Source of the DNA: Bryobacterales bacterium
GTDB lineage: Bacteria; Acidobacteriota; Terriglobia; Bryobacterales; UBA6623
Length of the DNA stretch: 64,000 bases
NCBI GenBank assembly: GCA_963422375.2
Contig: OY729428.2
Location: 928,001 to 992,000 of the forward strand
Direction: 5' to 3'
Shown here: piece after piece, positions 60,457-64,000 of the stretch
How positions within the stretch are numbered: position 1 is the first letter of the stretch
How the letters are laid out: each line of letters opens with the position of its first letter
Translations under genes and position numbers: made by a program
Notes under the pieces: generated by a model
What the model was told of the DNA's origin: nothing
The model's database searches: none
What the model saw: the letters and a program-made list of their open reading frames with translations, nothing else

Positions 60457-61311
60457 ATGACGCGCTGCACTCGCGAGACAGTTCGCCGGGTCTGCGACGG
60501 CCTCGACCACCCCGAGGGCCTTTGCTTCGCCCCGGACGGCTCGCTTCTGGCCGGGGGCGAGCGCGGCCAAGTGTATCGCATCGAACCGGAAACGGGCACG
60601 GCTGACACGTTAGCGGTGACAGGGGGATTCCTGCTGGGAGTCTGCGCCGACCGCGCGGGCGCGGTCTACGCTTGCGACGCGGGACGGAACGAGGTCCTCA
60701 GAATCGCGCCCGGCGGTTCCGTCGGCGTCCTGCCCGCCCCTCCCCTCGACAATCCCAACGACTGCGCGTTCGACGCCGCGGGGAACCTGTTCTTCACCGA
60801 ATCGGGTACCTATCACCCGACACGGTGCAGCGGGCGGCTTCACGTAGTCACGCAAGCGGGTGAGTCGACGTGCATCCATCCGGGACCGTTCCGCTTCGCC
60901 AACGGCATCTTCGTCGATCAAGACGCGTCGTTGCTGTACATGGTGGAGAGCACTGCGCCCAGCGTGCTCGCCTTCCGCTTAGAGGGATCCGCGCTTGCGA
61001 GCCTCGAGCCCGCGAGGCGGGTCGACCTAGAGCCGGACACCGTTCCCGACGGCGTCGCCCTCGACAGCGAAGGCAATGTCTACGTCGCCTTCTACTCCCC
61101 GGACCAGATCGGAGTGATCCGGCCCGACGGGAGCTTCGAGGTGCTCTTTCGGGACTTCCTAGCGGAATGGATGAATCGGCCCACGAATCTCGCCCTCGCC
61201 GAGAACGAGATCTACTTCGCCAATCTCGGCGGCTGGCACATCGGCGCGGTGGAGCACCCGCTGAGCCCTCTCGCCCCATGCATCCCGGAACGAGGTCCGC
61301 TGCCCGGCTGA
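60457..61311 (+). CDS. SMP-30/gluconolactonase family protein
   Basis: HPEG, NPND, FANG and PDGVALD beta-propeller motifs. Confidence 0.9.
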   Translation: MTRCTRETVRRVCDGLDHPEGLCFAPDGSLLAGGERGQVYRIEPETGTADTLAVTGGFLLGVCADRAGAVYACDAGRNEVLRIAPGGSVGVLPAPPLDNPNDCAFDAAGNLFFTESGTYHPTRCSGRLHVVTQAGESTCIHPGPFRFANGIFVDQDASLLYMVESTAPSVLAFRLEGSALASLEPARRVDLEPDTVPDGVALDSEGNVYVAFYSPDQIGVIRPDGSFEVLFRDFLAEWMNRPTNLALAENEIYFANLGGWHIGAVEHPLSPLAPCIPERGPLPG

Positions 61312-61324
61312 GAGGAGCGTCGAG

Positions 61325-62725
61325 TCAGGCCAGGAGCTTCCTCACGACCTTCCCGTGGACGTCCGTCAGGCGGAAGTCGCGCCCCTGGCTACGGTAGGTG
61401 AGCTTGGTGTGGTCGAATCCCAGCAGGTGAAGGACGGTCGCATGCAGGTCATGCACGTGAACCTGATCCTCGACGGACTTGAAACCTAAGTCGTCGGTCC
61501 GCCCCAAGGTGAAGCCCGGCCGGATGCCCGCCCCGGCCAGCCAGGTCGTGAAGGCGCCCGGATGGTGGTCGCGGCCGTCGCCGATGCCGTTCGTATCCTG
61601 CGTCATCGGCGTCCGCCCGAACTCGCCGCCCCAGATCACCAACGTCTCGTCGAGCATTCCCCGCCGCTTCAGGTCCTTGATCAGCGCGGCGGATCCTTGG
61701 TCCACGTCCCGGGCGACATCCCTGATGCCCTTGGTCAGGTTGGCGTGGTGATCCCAGGCCTCGTGGTAGAGCTGCACGAAGCGCACGCCCTTCTCGACCA
61801 GCCGACGGGCCAGCAGGCAGTTGCTGGCGAACGAGGCCCTGCCCGGCTCGGCCCCGTACAGATCCAAGGTCTCGCGCGGCTCGCTCGAGAGGTCCATCAG
61901 ATCGGGCGCGGCGGACTGCATTCGGAAGGCCAGCTCGAACGAGCGGATCCGCGTCTCGATCTCGGGATCCCCGGTCCGCTCGTACTCCAAGCGGTTCATG
62001 CCGTTGATCGCGTCCAGCGTGTCCCGCTGCAGGCGCTCGGTGAAGCCGGGCGGGTTGGAGAGGAACAGCACGGGGTCCCCGCCGGACCGGAACGGCACGC
62101 CTTGGTAGACCGTCGGCAGGAAGCCGGACCCCCAGATCGCCGTGCCCGCGCTCGGCCCGGAATCCGACGAGTTCAGGACGATGAAGCCGGGGAGGTCCTC
62201 CGACTCACTGCCCAGCCCGTACGTCACCCAAGCGCCCATGCTCGGCCGCCCGAACTGCTGCGCGCCGGTGCTCATGAGCAGCTGCGCGGGCGCGTGGTTG
62301 AAGGCGTCAGTCACCGTGGAGCGGACGAATGCAACGTCGTCGACCACGGTCGCCACGTGCGGCAGGAGTTCGGAGATTTCGAAGCCGCACCGGCCGGCCT
62401 TCCGGAAGCCGTACTTCGGCCCGAGCAGCTTCGAGTTCGGATCGATGAACGCGGCACGATAACCCTCGAGCATCTCCGTCGGAGGCAGACTGCCGTCGAA
62501 CCTAGCCAGCTCGGGCTTGTAGTCGAAGAGCTCGAGGTGGCTCGGGCCCCCGGCTTGGAACAGGAAAATGACGCTCCGGGCCTTCCGCGCGTAGTGCGGC
62601 GCCCGGACCGCCCCTCCGGCCTCGCCCGCCGCCAGGTGCGCGGCTGCCGCGGCCCCGATCCCGAAGCCGCATTGCTGCAGAAACCACCGGCGCGCGACAA
62701 GGTTCGCCGAGTCGGTCGGGGTCAT
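61325..62725 (-). CDS. DUF1501 family protein (Tat-like signal)
   Basis: RRWFL; FQAGGPSHLELFDYKP, GRPSMGAW, GRDHHP and VHDLHAT motifs. Confidence 0.92.
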   Translation of the reverse strand: MTPTDSANLVARRWFLQQCGFGIGAAAAAHLAAGEAGGAVRAPHYARKARSVIFLFQAGGPSHLELFDYKPELARFDGSLPPTEMLEGYRAAFIDPNSKLLGPKYGFRKAGRCGFEISELLPHVATVVDDVAFVRSTVTDAFNHAPAQLLMSTGAQQFGRPSMGAWVTYGLGSESEDLPGFIVLNSSDSGPSAGTAIWGSGFLPTVYQGVPFRSGGDPVLFLSNPPGFTERLQRDTLDAINGMNRLEYERTGDPEIETRIRSFELAFRMQSAAPDLMDLSSEPRETLDLYGAEPGRASFASNCLLARRLVEKGVRFVQLYHEAWDHHANLTKGIRDVARDVDQGSAALIKDLKRRGMLDETLVIWGGEFGRTPMTQDTNGIGDGRDHHPGAFTTWLAGAGIRPGFTLGRTDDLGFKSVEDQVHVHDLHATVLHLLGFDHTKLTYRSQGRDFRLTDVHGKVVRKLLA

Positions 62726-64000
62726 TGCTTCGAAATCGTCTCGTCGAGATTGAGCAGCGCCCTGGCGACGACGGTCCAAGCCGCCGCGGCGTCGGGACGA
62801 GCGCCATCTTCCGGGTCGGCGACGGCGATCTGCCACGGGTCGAGATCACCCTCGGCCAGCTGCGCCCGGGTGTTGGCGAGCAGCCCGCGAAACAGGCTGG
62901 CCTCCTCGGGGCGCGGCTCCCGGGACAGGCACAGCCGGAACGCGTGCGCGAGCCGTGCCTCGTCGCCCGCCGCTTCCGCGACCGTGCGCCGGCCAAGGCT
63001 CCTGGCCGCCTCCACGAACAGGTCCTCGTTGAGCGTCGTGAGCGCCTGGAGAGGCGTGTTGGACCGGCTGCGGCGAACGCAGGCCGTCGCTCCGTTGGGA
63101 GCGTCGAACGTCTCGAAGGCGGGATACGGCGCCGAGATGTACTGGAAGGTGTAGAGCCCGCGCCGGTACCGATCACCGCCCTCCGAGGAGGGCCACGGCT
63201 TCTCGGAGAAGCTGATCGGCGGCTTGAACAGCAGCTCCGGGGCCGGCGGATGCACGGGCGGGCCGCCCACGCGCCGCGAGAGCAGCCCGCTGGCGGCCAA
63301 GGCGATGTCGCGGACGATTTCCGCGTCGGCCCGGTGGCGTGGCCCGCGGGAGAGGAGCCGGTTGTCCGGATCGACGGCGCGGGCGCGCTCGGTCTGGCGC
63401 GCGGACTGCCGGTACGTCTCGGAGGTCACGATCAGCCGGTGCAGGTGCTTGAGGCTCCACCCGGCGTCCATGAATTCCACCGCGAGCCAGTCCAGCAGCT
63501 GGGGATGGGAGGGGCTCTCCCCTTGCGTCCCGAAGTCCTCGGGGGTCGCGACCAGGCCGGTACCGAAGTAGGCCTGCCAGATCCGGTTCACGATAGCGCG
63601 GGCCGCCGTGGGCGAGCGGCGGTCGACCAGCCACTCGGCGAATGCTAGCCGCGAGCGCGGCGCACCCTCGGGCAGCTCGTGCAGGAATCCGGGCACGCCG
63701 GCGTCCACCCGCTCGCCCGGTTCCAAGAAGTCGCCCCGGCGCAAAACATGCGTGTCTCGCGGAGCGGGGCGCTCCGCGAGAACCAGCTGCGTTTGGCCTT
63801 GCGGATACCGACTCCAGTGCTCGTCGATGAGTCGGTTCGCCTCGGACCATGCGGGCACGGTGGTCCGCCAGTACCTGAAGACCTCTCTCGTTGCTGAGCG
63901 GGAGCGGGAGGCGCTGCCCAGCTCCACGATTTCCCGCACCCGGGCGGGGAGCGGGTCCGCCACGGGATCGGGCGCGTCCGTGACGGCCAAGCGGATGCGC
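62722..64000 (-). CDS. DUF1553 (PSD1) domain protein, C-terminal part (starts beyond the window)
   Basis: NRIWQAYFGTG, PSHPQLLDWLA and SNTPLQALTTLN motifs. Confidence 0.9.
   Translation of the reverse strand, partial: RIRLAVTDAPDPVADPLPARVREIVELGSASRSRSATREVFRYWRTTVPAWSEANRLIDEHWSRYPQGQTQLVLAERPAPRDTHVLRRGDFLEPGERVDAGVPGFLHELPEGAPRSRLAFAEWLVDRRSPTAARAIVNRIWQAYFGTGLVATPEDFGTQGESPSHPQLLDWLAVEFMDAGWSLKHLHRLIVTSETYRQSARQTERARAVDPDNRLLSRGPRHRADAEIVRDIALAASGLLSRRVGGPPVHPPAPELLFKPPISFSEKPWPSSEGGDRYRRGLYTFQYISAPYPAFETFDAPNGATACVRRSRSNTPLQALTTLNEDLFVEAARSLGRRTVAEAAGDEARLAHAFRLCLSREPRPEEASLFRGLLANTRAQLAEGDLDPWQIAVADPEDGARPDAAAAWTVVARALLNLDETISKQ

Noticed and set aside
3282..63648. Numerous long antisense or alternate-frame ORFs in the track (e.g. 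12889..15225 +, 34789..36687 +, 47857..49692 -)
   Set aside because: Shadow ORFs of real genes caused by high GC3; low-complexity, Arg/Pro/Gly-rich or motif-free.
1..64000. CRISPR array, tRNA or rRNA, including a mini-array next to tnpB
   Set aside because: No regularly spaced direct repeats or cloverleaf/T-loop signatures were seen; the tnpB-flanking repeat is inverted and has two copies only.

Overview
GC-rich bacterial window. Gene content points to Acidobacteriota (Bryobacterales-like), possibly host- or sponge-associated; this is inference. Intact genes include a Tat-exported xanthine-dehydrogenase-family (PaoABC-like) operon with a small 4-Cys ORF. A respiratory operon encodes a Rieske protein, a split b6-type cytochrome b, an octaheme cytochrome c, a cupredoxin-like lipoprotein and heme O synthase. 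Also present are kdsB, mazG, an EF-G paralogue, two sulfatases, two DUF1549/1553 + DUF1501 cassettes, two DUF1592 + DUF1552 cassettes, TPR and ankyrin proteins, TolC and an Oar-like TonB-dependent receptor. Several decayed regions lie between them. Two structures not shown by the ORF track stand out. (1) A decayed tnpB gene with no transposase is bracketed by a 31-bp imperfect inverted repeat (43088-43118 / 44376-44406, 25/31 identical). (2) An AT-rich island holds an ABC/AAA-ATPase + PIN-like gene pair (candidate defence or toxin-antitoxin module). The pair is split by a 510-bp element with 24-bp terminal inverted repeats and an 8-bp target duplication; removing the element restores a tight two-gene operon. 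No tRNA, rRNA or CRISPR array was seen. All family calls come from motif recognition by eye, not database searches.
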